Below the pieces are notes generated by a model. That model worked only from the letters and a program-made list of their open reading frames with translations. It ran no database searches and was not told the DNA's origin. Shown here piece after piece: positions 52,247 to 60,698 of a stretch of DNA of 64,000 nt (the first letter of the stretch is position 1; each line of letters begins with the position of its first letter). The DNA lies in NCBI GenBank assembly GCA_024408075.1, contig JAKSVK010000003.1, positions 9,048 to 73,047 on the forward strand, written 5' to 3'. Position numbers and translations under genes: made by a program. The DNA comes from Bacilli bacterium. GTDB taxonomy: Bacteria > Bacillota_I > Bacilli_A > RFN20 > CAG-826.

Positions 52247-53848
52247 ATGAAAAAGAAACCTGTGATTTTATGTATTATGGATGGCTTTGGCATTAGAAAT
52301 AATAAAAATGGCAATGCTGTAGCCGCCGCAAAAAAACCAAATTTAGATGCATATTTTAAAAATAATGCATATACAGAAATTAATGCTTCTGGTGAATATG
52401 TTGGACTTCCAGATGGACAAATGGGCAACTCCGAAGTTGGCCATATGAACATGGGAGCAGGTAGAATAGTCTACCAGTCGTTAACCTTAATTAATAAGGC
52501 AATTAAGGACCATGAATTTGAGAAAAATGCTTGTTATTTAGAAGCGATTGAACACGCTAAACAAAATCATTCAAAATTACATATTTTTGGACTTGTTAGT
52601 GATGGTGGAGTTCACTCTCACATTAGACATATTTTAGCAATGATTGAACTTGCTAGCAAAAGTGGTTTAGATGATGTATTTGTTCACTGCTTTATGGATG
52701 GAAGAGATGTTGATCCACAAGCTGGAAGTAAATACGTCGAAATGATTCAAAATAAAATGGATGAACTTCATTTCGGACATATTGCTGATATTGGTGGTCG
52801 TTATTGGGGTATGGACAGAGATAAAAACATGGATAGAGTTGATGTTGCTTATCGTTGTATGGTTGATCACGATGGCCCAAGTTTTACTGATTATAAAGAG
52901 TTCTTTAAATCTCAATATATTGAGTTACCTAAATTAGGAAGAGAAGCCAGCGACGAATTTATTATTCCTCACTTTAATAAAAATGTTGACGGAAGAATTC
53001 AAGACAATGATTCTATTATCTTTATGAATTATCGTCCTGATCGCGCAATTCAAATTTCTACTTTATTTACAAACCCTAATTTCTATGCCAATCCTGCTAA
53101 AAAGGATGATGGAAGTTTGGCATGGAAGCCTTATACACCAGCTCATCCATTAAAAGGAATATTCTATGTTTGTACAATGAAATATGCAGATAGTGTCAAA
53201 GGAAAAATTGCATTTGAATTACCAAAATTAAATAATATTTTAGGTTCTTATTTAGCCGAACAAGGTTATTCACAACTTAGAATTGCCGAAACAGAAAAAT
53301 ATGCTCATGTTACCTTCTTCTTTGATGGAACGATGAACTTTGATGGAGTTGAAAGACCTGAACTTAAAAATTGCCGTCGTGTCTTAATTAATTCACCAAA
53401 AGTTGCTACATATGATTTACAACCAGAAATGAGTGCATACAAGGTTCTTGATGCTTTAATGGTTGAATTAAATAAATTTGATTTAGATGTTGTAATACTA
53501 AACTTTGCAAACTGCGATATGGTTGGCCATACTGCTGTATTTGATGCATGTGTTAAAGCTGTTGAAACTGTTGATACATGTGTTGGAAAAATTATTGATT
53601 GGTGCAAAGAAAATGATGCAACTCTTATTGTTACTGCAGATCACGGAAATGCTGAAGAAATTGTTGATGCCGAAGGTAAACCTTTTACTGCACATACAAC
53701 AAATCTTGTTCCATTCTGTATTAATAGACCTGAATTAAAACTTAAAAAAACAGAAGGTAAACTTGCAGATATTGCTCCAACAATTTTGGAACTTTTAGGT
53801 GCTAAAAAACCTGAAGAAATGTCTGGAGAATCACTAATTATTAAATAA
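52247..53848 (+). CDS. gpmI: 2,3-bisphosphoglycerate-independent phosphoglycerate mutase
   Basis: ILDGFG-type N-terminus (IMDGFGIR), GNSEVGHMNMGAGR, DGGVHSH, ADHGNAE. Confidence 0.97.
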   Translation: MKKKPVILCIMDGFGIRNNKNGNAVAAAKKPNLDAYFKNNAYTEINASGEYVGLPDGQMGNSEVGHMNMGAGRIVYQSLTLINKAIKDHEFEKNACYLEAIEHAKQNHSKLHIFGLVSDGGVHSHIRHILAMIELASKSGLDDVFVHCFMDGRDVDPQAGSKYVEMIQNKMDELHFGHIADIGGRYWGMDRDKNMDRVDVAYRCMVDHDGPSFTDYKEFFKSQYIELPKLGREASDEFIIPHFNKNVDGRIQDNDSIIFMNYRPDRAIQISTLFTNPNFYANPAKKDDGSLAWKPYTPAHPLKGIFYVCTMKYADSVKGKIAFELPKLNNILGSYLAEQGYSQLRIAETEKYAHVTFFFDGTMNFDGVERPELKNCRRVLINSPKVATYDLQPEMSAYKVLDALMVELNKFDLDVVILNFANCDMVGHTAVFDACVKAVETVDTCVGKIIDWCKENDATLIVTADHGNAEEIVDAEGKPFTAHTTNLVPFCINRPELKLKKTEGKLADIAPTILELLGAKKPEEMSGESLIIK

Positions 53849-53858
53849 GGAGAAAAAA

Positions 53859-55568
53859 ATGAAAGAATTAGACCTTAAGTTTGAACAATATGAATTAAAT
53901 GTTCCTACTGAAAAAAGAACTCTTAATAAGTTAGAAAAACTTGTCAACGAACTTGAAGAATGTGGTAGTTTTTTAACTGCTAAAACTGCAATCAAACACT
54001 ATAACAAATATATGAGTCAATTAACGACTGATATGAGTGTTATTTCTGTAAGATATTCTCTGAATACTGAAGATAAAGTTTATAAAAAAGCTCAAGAAAA
54101 AGTTGATGAAATTTCACCTTTAATTTCTAATTACTCAACTAAGTTTGAAAAGATTTTAGTCAAAGCAAAATATAGAAAAGATCTTGAAAACGCTTATGGT
54201 AAATATTTATTAAAGATGTATGAAGGAAATCTCAAATCATTTGATGAAAAGATTATTCCTGAATTAATTGAAGAAAACAAACTTTCTTCTAAATATGACG
54301 AAATCACTGGTGGAGCTCAAATCAAATTTAAAGACGGAACATACAATTTGTCCCAAATGGGTAAGTTCCTTTGTGATGCTGATAGAGAAACAAGAAGAGG
54401 CGCTGCTATTGCTCTTGATGGATGGTGGAAAGAACACGAACAAGAAATTGGCGATATCTACGATAAACTTGTTAAACTCAGAGATAAAATGGCCAAAAAA
54501 CTTGGCTTTAAAAACTTCATTGAACTTGGCTATCTCCGTTTAGGAAGAACTGACTACGATGCAAAGATGGTTAAAGGTTATAGAGACCAAATCAAAGAAG
54601 AAGTTGTCCCAATTTGCCAAAAGCTTTATAAACAACAAATGAAAAATTTAGGAATTAAAAATCCTCAATATTATGATTACAACTTAAAATTTGCTAGTGG
54701 TAACCCAACTCCAAAAGGAAATGCACAAGATTTAGTTAAAGCTGCTAAAAAGATGTATGAATCTCTTTCTAAAGAAAGTGGAGAATTCTTTAACTTTATG
54801 ATTAAACATAACTTAATGGATTTAGAGGCAAGAAAAGGCAAACAACCTGGCGGATATTGTACATATTTCCCAGTTTACAAAGCCCCATTTATTTTCTCTA
54901 ACTTCAACGGTACTGATGGTGACGTTAATGTCTTAACTCATGAAGGTGGACATGCTTTGCAAGCATATTTAAGTTCTGATATTAAAATTCCTGAATATCA
55001 AAGTCCAACACTAGAAGCTTGTGAAATTCACTCAATGAGCATGGAATTCTTTGCTTGGCCTTATATGAAAGACTTTTTTGGGGCAGATGCTGAAAAATAT
55101 AAATATGCTCACTTAGTTGATGCAATTGAATTCTTACCTTATGGAATTACAATTGATGAATTCCAACACTGGGTTTATGAACATCCAGAAGCAACTCACC
55201 AAGAAAGATGTGCTAAATATTTAGAAATTGAACAAGCAAATTTACCACATAAAAAATATGATGAATGTGAAGTATTTGCTCATGGTGGATGGTGGATGAA
55301 ACAAAGCCATATCTTTGGTGTTCCTTTCTATTATATTGATTACACGCTCGCGCAAGTAGTTGCTTTCCAATTCTTAGCAGAAGATAGAAAGAGCCACGAT
55401 AAAGCCTGGAAGAAATATATTAAACTCTGTAAACTTGGTGGTAAATTACCATTTACTGGTTTGCTTGAAAAGGATCATTTACGTAATCCATTCGAACCTG
55501 GTAATGTCGCTAAAAATATTAGACCTTTAGTGAAATTATTAAAGGAAATGGATACATCAAAATTCTAG
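53859..55568 (+). CDS. pepF: M3B-family oligoendopeptidase (PepF-like)
   Basis: Zinc motif HEGGHALQ with downstream E (LEACEIHS). 569 aa, no signal peptide. Confidence 0.88.
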   Translation: MKELDLKFEQYELNVPTEKRTLNKLEKLVNELEECGSFLTAKTAIKHYNKYMSQLTTDMSVISVRYSLNTEDKVYKKAQEKVDEISPLISNYSTKFEKILVKAKYRKDLENAYGKYLLKMYEGNLKSFDEKIIPELIEENKLSSKYDEITGGAQIKFKDGTYNLSQMGKFLCDADRETRRGAAIALDGWWKEHEQEIGDIYDKLVKLRDKMAKKLGFKNFIELGYLRLGRTDYDAKMVKGYRDQIKEEVVPICQKLYKQQMKNLGIKNPQYYDYNLKFASGNPTPKGNAQDLVKAAKKMYESLSKESGEFFNFMIKHNLMDLEARKGKQPGGYCTYFPVYKAPFIFSNFNGTDGDVNVLTHEGGHALQAYLSSDIKIPEYQSPTLEACEIHSMSMEFFAWPYMKDFFGADAEKYKYAHLVDAIEFLPYGITIDEFQHWVYEHPEATHQERCAKYLEIEQANLPHKKYDECEVFAHGGWWMKQSHIFGVPFYYIDYTLAQVVAFQFLAEDRKSHDKAWKKYIKLCKLGGKLPFTGLLEKDHLRNPFEPGNVAKNIRPLVKLLKEMDTSKF

Positions 55569-55582
55569 ATTAAATCAAATAA

Positions 55583-55613
55583 AAAAGGCGCTGTTAATCA
55601 GTGCCTTTTTTTG
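55583..55613. terminator. Bidirectional intrinsic terminator between pepF (+) and tRNA-Leu (-)
   Basis: AAGGCGCTG-TTAAT-CAGTGCCTT (one G-U) flanked by an A-run and a T-run. Confidence 0.7.
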
Positions 55614-55620
55614 TTAACTT

Positions 55621-55705
55621 TGGTGCGCGGGATGAGAATCGAACTCACACATCTTGCGATATACGCCCCTCAAACGTACGCGTCTACCAGTTCCGCCACC
55701 TGCGC
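55621..55705 (-). tRNA. tRNA-Leu (anticodon GAG), long variable arm, CCA encoded
   Basis: Reverse complement GCGCAGGTGGCGGAACTGGTAGACGCGTACGTTTGAGGGGCGTATATCGCAAGATGTGTGAGTTCGATTCTCATCCCGCGCACCA. A5:C68 mismatch in the acceptor stem. Confidence 0.9.
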
Positions 55706-55724
55706 ATTTCCAAGTTGCTATGAT

Positions 55725-55753
55725 ATTTTATGAAAAATAGAAATTAAAAACAA
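55725..55753 (-). promoter_or_regulatory. Putative promoter TTGTTT-17 nt-TAAAAT for tRNA-Leu(GAG)
   Basis: On the minus strand the -35 is at 55753-55748 and the -10 at 55730-55725, 19 nt upstream of the mature 5' end. Confidence 0.4.
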
Positions 55754-55813
55754 GATTAATGTATTTTTGTTTGATATTTTGTTAAAATATCTAGGTTATT
55801 AAGGAGAATTAAT

Positions 55814-56386
55814 ATGAAAAAAGTATTAGTTGAAACAAGCGCTAGACATATTCATGTTACCGAAGAACAATTCAAAATTCTTTGTGGAGCAGATGCTAAA
55901 TTAGAAGTCAGAGCGCCTTTATCACAACCTGGTCAATTTGTTTCTACAACAAGACTTGATGTAGTTGGACCTAAAAAAACAATTAACAATGTTTCTATTC
56001 TTGGACCTTTTAGAAAAGCTGCCCAAGTAGAAGTTTCTGCAACTGATGCAAGAACTCTTGGAGTTCCTGCTGTTGTTAGAGAAAGCGGAGATATTAAAGG
56101 CACACCTGGAATTAAACTAGTTGGACCTGCTGGAGAAATTGATCTCACTGAAGGATTAATCGTAGCAAAAAGACATATTCATATGACAGAAGCTGATGCA
56201 AAAGAATTTGGAGTCAACAATGGACAAATAGTCTCTGTTAAAGTTGATAATCCAGGTAGAAGCTTAGTTTTTGGTGATGTCGTAGTTAGAGTTAGAAATG
56301 ATTTTGCTTTAGCAATGCACATTGATACTGATGAAAGCAACGCTGCTGGTTGTGCTGGGGAAGTTTTCGGAGAAATAATTCTTTAA
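55814..56386 (+). CDS. pduL: Phosphate propanoyl/acetyl-transferase PduL
   Basis: Duplicated PduL signature SARHIHVTEEQF and AKRHIHMTEADA, and HIDTDE. AAGGAGA SD. Confidence 0.88.
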   Translation: MKKVLVETSARHIHVTEEQFKILCGADAKLEVRAPLSQPGQFVSTTRLDVVGPKKTINNVSILGPFRKAAQVEVSATDARTLGVPAVVRESGDIKGTPGIKLVGPAGEIDLTEGLIVAKRHIHMTEADAKEFGVNNGQIVSVKVDNPGRSLVFGDVVVRVRNDFALAMHIDTDESNAAGCAGEVFGEIIL

Positions 56387-56388
56387 TA

Positions 56389-56637
56389 ATGGAAACTATA
56401 AGATTTAATCCAGTTAATGTTTGTGCTCGTGAAATGATTATTGAACACGATAATCATGTAATTAAAAACGTCACAATCATTAATGGATGTAGAGGTAACA
56501 CTCAAGGTGTTTCCCGCTTATTAGTTGGCAGAACTCTTGAAGAAGCTGTTGAACTTTTAGAAGGAATTCAATGCCATAATGGAACCTCATGCCCAGACCA
56601 ATTAGCAAAAGGCATTAAACAATACTTGAATAAATAA
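56389..56637 (+). CDS. TSCPD-domain small Cys protein (TIGR03905-like), 82 aa
   Basis: VCAREM, INGCRGNTQG and CHNGTSCPDQLA motifs. Starts 2 nt after the pduL stop. Confidence 0.7.
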   Translation: METIRFNPVNVCAREMIIEHDNHVIKNVTIINGCRGNTQGVSRLLVGRTLEEAVELLEGIQCHNGTSCPDQLAKGIKQYLNK

Positions 56638-56659
56638 AATTAATAATATATTATTATTG

Positions 56660-56804
56660 TACTTATCCAGAACCATGCAAGCAGGGATGAAAAAGCATGG
56701 TAGCAACTCTCGAAAGAGTAAGTGCTCTCCTAAGCAAGGACCCAGAACCTTGATCGATAAGTTGAGAAGCAATTAACTTCTCCCGTTCTGGGGGAAGTTT
56801 TTTA
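56660..56804 (+). promoter_or_regulatory. SAM riboswitch (S-box / SAM-I-clan, atypical P2/P4) with terminator-antiterminator platform, upstream of metK
   Basis: P1 ACTTATC (56661-56667) pairs with GATAAGT (56756-56762). P3 is GCAAC-TCTC-GAAA-GAGT-AA-GTGC with the conserved GCAAC and GTGC strands. AGGGATGAA element. Terminator AACTTCTCCC-GTTCT-GGGGGAAGTT plus T-run at 56775-56803. Confidence 0.6.
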
Positions 56805-56817
56805 ATAGGTAAAAGTT

Positions 56818-57987
56818 ATGAAAGAAAGAAAATTATTTACATCCGAATCAGTAAGCGAAGGTCACCCAGATAAACTTTGTGATCAAATTAGCGATGCTGT
56901 TTTAGATGAATGCTTAAGATTAGATTCTGAATCACATGTAGCTTGTGAAGTTTTTGCTTCAAAAAATAAAATTATTGTTGGTGGAGAAATAACTTGCTCT
57001 AAAGAAATTGATATAACCCACATTGTAAAAGATGTTTTAAAAAGCATTGGTTATGATAAACCTGAACTTGGATGCGATTATCATACGATTGAAGTTGAAA
57101 ATTTAATTCAAAAACAATCTCCTGATATTAATCAAGGAGTAAGCAAAAAAAGAGTTGAAGATCAAGGAGCCGGTGATCAAGGATTAATGTTTGGATATGC
57201 AACTGATGAAACTGAAGGTTATATGCCTTTAGCCATCTCTATTGCCCATAAGTTAGTACGTTATGCAACCGATCTTAGAAAAAAAGGAAAATTCCCAGGT
57301 GCAAGACCAGATATGAAGTCTCAAGTGACGATTGATTATACAGATAAAAACAATGTAAAAATTGATACGATTTTGATGTCGATTCAACATGATGAAAATA
57401 TTTCTGAAGATGAATTTAAAAAGTTCATTCACGAAAATATCATGCAAAAGGTCGCTAAAAGTTTTAAATTTAATACAGATTTTAAATTTTTAATTAATCC
57501 AACTGGTCGATTTGTTATTGGTGGTCCTGCTGGTGATACTGGCTTAACCGGAAGAAAAATAATTGTTGATACTTATGGAGGAAGTGCACATCACGGTGGT
57601 GGAGCTTTTTCAGGAAAAGACCCATCAAAAGTTGATAGATCTGCAGCATATATGGCGCGTTATATTGCTAAGAATTTAGTGGCTGCTGGTGTTGCTCGCG
57701 AAATTGAAATTCAACTAGCTTATGCGATTGGTATAAATGAACCTCTTTCAATTAATGTTAATTGCTTTGGAACTGGTAAATATGATGAACTTTTAATCAC
57801 AAAAATAGTTTCTAAAGTTTTTGACTTAAGACCAGGCATGATTATAAAGAACTTCTCATTAAAAAAACCTACATTTAAATATAGAGATGTTGCTAATTAT
57901 GGCCATTTTGGTAGACCAGATTTAGATTTGCCTTGGGAAAAACTTGATAAAGTTGAAGAAATTAAACAACAATTGTCGCAAATCTAA
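56818..57987 (+). CDS. metK: S-adenosylmethionine synthase
   Basis: ESVSEGHPDKLCDQISDAVLD, GAGDQGLMFGYA, GGGAFSGKDPSKVDRSAAY. Confidence 0.98.
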   Translation: MKERKLFTSESVSEGHPDKLCDQISDAVLDECLRLDSESHVACEVFASKNKIIVGGEITCSKEIDITHIVKDVLKSIGYDKPELGCDYHTIEVENLIQKQSPDINQGVSKKRVEDQGAGDQGLMFGYATDETEGYMPLAISIAHKLVRYATDLRKKGKFPGARPDMKSQVTIDYTDKNNVKIDTILMSIQHDENISEDEFKKFIHENIMQKVAKSFKFNTDFKFLINPTGRFVIGGPAGDTGLTGRKIIVDTYGGSAHHGGGAFSGKDPSKVDRSAAYMARYIAKNLVAAGVAREIEIQLAYAIGINEPLSINVNCFGTGKYDELLITKIVSKVFDLRPGMIIKNFSLKKPTFKYRDVANYGHFGRPDLDLPWEKLDKVEEIKQQLSQI

Positions 57988-58053
57988 ACAAATTTATTGT
58001 ATAATAAAAGTGTAAATCCTACTTCAGAGCAATTTGGAAAGGAGAATTATCAT

Positions 58054-58608
58054 ATGAAATACCAAATTATCGGAAAAAACATTGAAGTCACCGAAGGGAT
58101 TTCGACTGCACTTCAAAACAAGCTAACAAGACTTGATAAGTATTTTCTTGTTAAAGAAGATGTTGAATGTCGTTGTGTCGTAAGCGCACATAACTTAATT
58201 CAAAAAGTAGAAATAACAGTATTTTTACCTAACATGCCTATTAGAGCAGAAGTTGAAAATGCTGATTTATATGCTGGAATTGATTTAGCTATTGATAAGT
58301 TAGAAGGACAAATGAGAAAGATCAAAACAAGAATGGATCGCTCAAACAATAGATTGTCCTTAGGCAAAGCAATCGACTTTGAAATGATTGATGAAGACGA
58401 AGAAGTTTCTAAAGAAAAAGATGTGATTGTTAGAGCAAAATCATATTATTTACAAGCAATGAGTATTGATGAAGCAATCACTCGTATGGAAGCTCTCGGC
58501 CACCCATTCTTTATGTATCTAGATGAAGAAGATGACAGAATTTCAACAGTCTATATTCGTCGTGATGGTGGTTATGGCGTCATTCAAGCCGAAAATCCAA
58601 TCAAATAG
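58054..58608 (+). CDS. hpf: Ribosome hibernation promoting factor, long form
   Basis: MKYQIIGKNIEVTEGI N-domain plus C-terminal dimerisation domain (FFMYLDEEDDRISTVYIRRDGGYGVIQ). GGAAAGGAG SD before ATG 58054. Confidence 0.92.
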   Translation: MKYQIIGKNIEVTEGISTALQNKLTRLDKYFLVKEDVECRCVVSAHNLIQKVEITVFLPNMPIRAEVENADLYAGIDLAIDKLEGQMRKIKTRMDRSNNRLSLGKAIDFEMIDEDEEVSKEKDVIVRAKSYYLQAMSIDEAITRMEALGHPFFMYLDEEDDRISTVYIRRDGGYGVIQAENPIK

Positions 58609-58626
58609 TTTTCAAAAAAACTAACT

Positions 58627-58657
58627 AAGGCACGAGCAAAATCGTGCCTTTTCTTTA
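58627..58657 (+). terminator. Intrinsic terminator after hpf
   Basis: AAGGCACGA-GCAAAA-TCGTGCCTT followed by TTCTTTAT. Confidence 0.7.
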
Positions 58658-58773
58658 TAAAATCAAATATTTTATATACTCATAATTGTCCTTTGTGTAT
58701 AATAGTAAAGCGAAATCGATGAATACTATGGGATTATCCGAGGGTGAAATACCAAAGTATTGAAGGAGGTTTT

Positions 58774-59622
58774 ATGAACAATATTAATCAATACAACTTC
58801 GACATCATTCATGTTGCTACTCATTTAAGAGATACACTTGAATATGTTTTGCCTCGCGATCATGACGCTAAAGTTTTTGAACAAAGAAAAGCCGTCTTAA
58901 CAAAAGGCCTTGAAAAAGAAACTCCACTTGGAAAATTCTTAGAAGCAAATAAAGATAAATTTGAAAAAGTTATTACTGAATACAAAGAATTCCTTGATGA
59001 AGTTTATGGTGATAACTCAACTATCTTAGCCAAAACATCTGATGGTAAAATTAGAGTTGATCACTCACAACATATTAAAATATATAAATATGTTAACGAT
59101 TTAATGGAACCTATTAGAGATGTTATTTATTTCCATCTCAACTTAGCTAGAAAACAAAATCAAGCTGAACCAATCATTGAAGATTTAATGAAAATTGACG
59201 ATAGCCATTATCGTACTTTTGCTTATATGCTTGTTATGCAAGATTTCCAAAAATCATTTTTTGAATTCCAAAAAGTAATGGGTGAAGCAAAAGGACAACC
59301 AACTCCACAATCTAATTACATAGTTCAAAACGAACTTGCAGTTATGGCTGGAATTTTAAGAAATATGAGAAGCAAAACTCATTGTACAGATAACAAAACA
59401 TTAGATACATTAGATGACTGTTTGAAGGTTATTGAAATGAGCGAAGGAAGAAGAGATCGAATTGACGATAAACCTTTCCCTGAACTTTTCAAAAACGCAC
59501 TTGAAAATACCAATAAACTCCTTACTGAACAAGGACCAAAATGGCAAGAATTATTTAACAAAGCTTTACAAGAAATGTTAGCTGATATTCGCAAGAATAC
59601 TGAAAACAAAGCACAAGCTTAA
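58774..59622 (+). CDS. Hypothetical cytoplasmic helical protein (282 aa), no recognised domain
   Basis: Strong SD GAAGGAGG 5 nt before ATG 58774. Uninterrupted 282 codons with codon usage like the neighbours. No motif I can name. Confidence 0.75.
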   Translation: MNNINQYNFDIIHVATHLRDTLEYVLPRDHDAKVFEQRKAVLTKGLEKETPLGKFLEANKDKFEKVITEYKEFLDEVYGDNSTILAKTSDGKIRVDHSQHIKIYKYVNDLMEPIRDVIYFHLNLARKQNQAEPIIEDLMKIDDSHYRTFAYMLVMQDFQKSFFEFQKVMGEAKGQPTPQSNYIVQNELAVMAGILRNMRSKTHCTDNKTLDTLDDCLKVIEMSEGRRDRIDDKPFPELFKNALENTNKLLTEQGPKWQELFNKALQEMLADIRKNTENKAQA

Positions 59623-59632
59623 GAGGTAGAAT

Positions 59633-59998
59633 ATGACAAAGAAACTAAACTTAAAAATTTCTGTATTTGAATTAATTTCATATATAGTACTTGGCGCACT
59701 TGCTCTTTGGGGCATTGTGTATATCGTTTTAGGACTTGTATGTGCAACAGCACTTAAATACGATAGTGGGTTATTAATTAGAGACAATGAAATGAAAGCA
59801 CATGGCATTGGATTTTTAACACAAGGAATCATCATTCTTGCTGTTGCTGTTGTCGCTCTTACTATTGTTTTATTATCATGTGCTAAAAAGAGTGATAAAT
59901 CATTTGAAAAAGAACAACGTAAAGCTGCTAGACTCAACTATGCACAAACTAAAATTATTGATGCTAAAGTTGAAGATGTAAGCGAAAAGAAAGAATAG
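59633..59998 (+). CDS. Hypothetical two-TM membrane protein (121 aa)
   Basis: AAGAGG SD. Two hydrophobic helices (ISYIVLGALALWGIVYIVLGLV and GIIILAVAVVALTIVLL) and a K/E-rich C-tail. Starts 10 nt after the upstream gene. Confidence 0.7.
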   Translation: MTKKLNLKISVFELISYIVLGALALWGIVYIVLGLVCATALKYDSGLLIRDNEMKAHGIGFLTQGIIILAVAVVALTIVLLSCAKKSDKSFEKEQRKAARLNYAQTKIIDAKVEDVSEKKE

Positions 59999-60019
59999 TT
60001 TCTACTATATTAACTAACA

Positions 60020-60050
60020 AAAACTTCCAATTTATTGGAGGTTTTTTATT
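60020..60050 (+). terminator. Intrinsic terminator after the two-gene orphan operon
   Basis: AACTTCCAA-TTTA-TTGGAGGTT (one G-U) followed by TTTTTATT. Confidence 0.7.
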
Positions 60051-60071
60051 ATTAAGATTATAATAATTTGT

Positions 60072-60638
60072 ATGAAGAAAAGACGAATATCTAATAAGAC
60101 AATTGCAATCACAGGATTATTATTAGCTATCGAAATTATTTTTCAATGTATTTCAATGCTTATCCCTGGAGGGGTAAATTTTAATTTATCTTTGATACCT
60201 ATTACAATTGGAGCAATTCTTTATGGTCCTTTTGTTGGAGGGTTTCTTGGTTTTATGGCTGGAGTCATCATTTTAGTTTCTCCAAACACTGTTGACGTCT
60301 TTTTATCTGTTTCAACAATCGCCACAGTATTTTGCTGTTTAGTTAAAACTTGTATTGCTGGTTTAGTTGCAGGTTTTATCTTTAATTTAATTAAGAAGAA
60401 AAATGATGTTATAGCAGCAATTGTTGCATCGATTATCGTTCCGCTATTTAATACGTTTATATTTACATTTTTCGCATATTTTTGGTTTAAAGATGCTTTA
60501 CATTTTACTAGTTATTCAGAAATTTTATATGCAATCATTGGGCTTAATTTTGTAATTGAACTAGTAACTACTGTTATTGTTTCTCCAGCGTTATATAAAA
60601 TGGTTTTAACTAGAAAAGCTAATAATGGAAACTATTGA
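60072..60638 (+). CDS. ECF-transporter S-component-like membrane protein (188 aa, about 6 TMs), substrate unknown
   Basis: Size, hydrophobicity pattern and an N-terminus typical of S components (KTIAITGLLLAIEIIFQCISMLIPGG). No riboswitch fits in the 21-nt upstream gap. Confidence 0.5.
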   Translation: MKKRRISNKTIAITGLLLAIEIIFQCISMLIPGGVNFNLSLIPITIGAILYGPFVGGFLGFMAGVIILVSPNTVDVFLSVSTIATVFCCLVKTCIAGLVAGFIFNLIKKKNDVIAAIVASIIVPLFNTFIFTFFAYFWFKDALHFTSYSEILYAIIGLNFVIELVTTVIVSPALYKMVLTRKANNGNY

Positions 60639-60698
60639 TTATTTGTAAGATTAATATAATATTTATACATAACACAAAACTGAGAAGGGAGAAAATTT

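Noticed and set aside
55760-55788. Promoter for pduL (TGtTAAAAT extended -10 at 55780-55788)
   Set aside because: No acceptable -35 at 16-18 nt spacing. An extended -10 alone in 75% AT sequence is too weak to list as a feature.
58675-58703. Promoter for the orphan operon (TATAAT at 58698-58703)
   Set aside because: The -10 box is perfect, but no TTGaca-like hexamer lies at 16-18 nt and the TG is one position off for an extended -10. It is mentioned only in the finding.
58719-58763. 14-codon upstream ORF (MNTMGLSEGEIPKY) ending in a TGA that overlaps the SD of the 282-aa gene
   Set aside because: It has no SD of its own and no amino-acid bias suggestive of an attenuation leader peptide. It cannot be distinguished from chance in an AT-rich leader.
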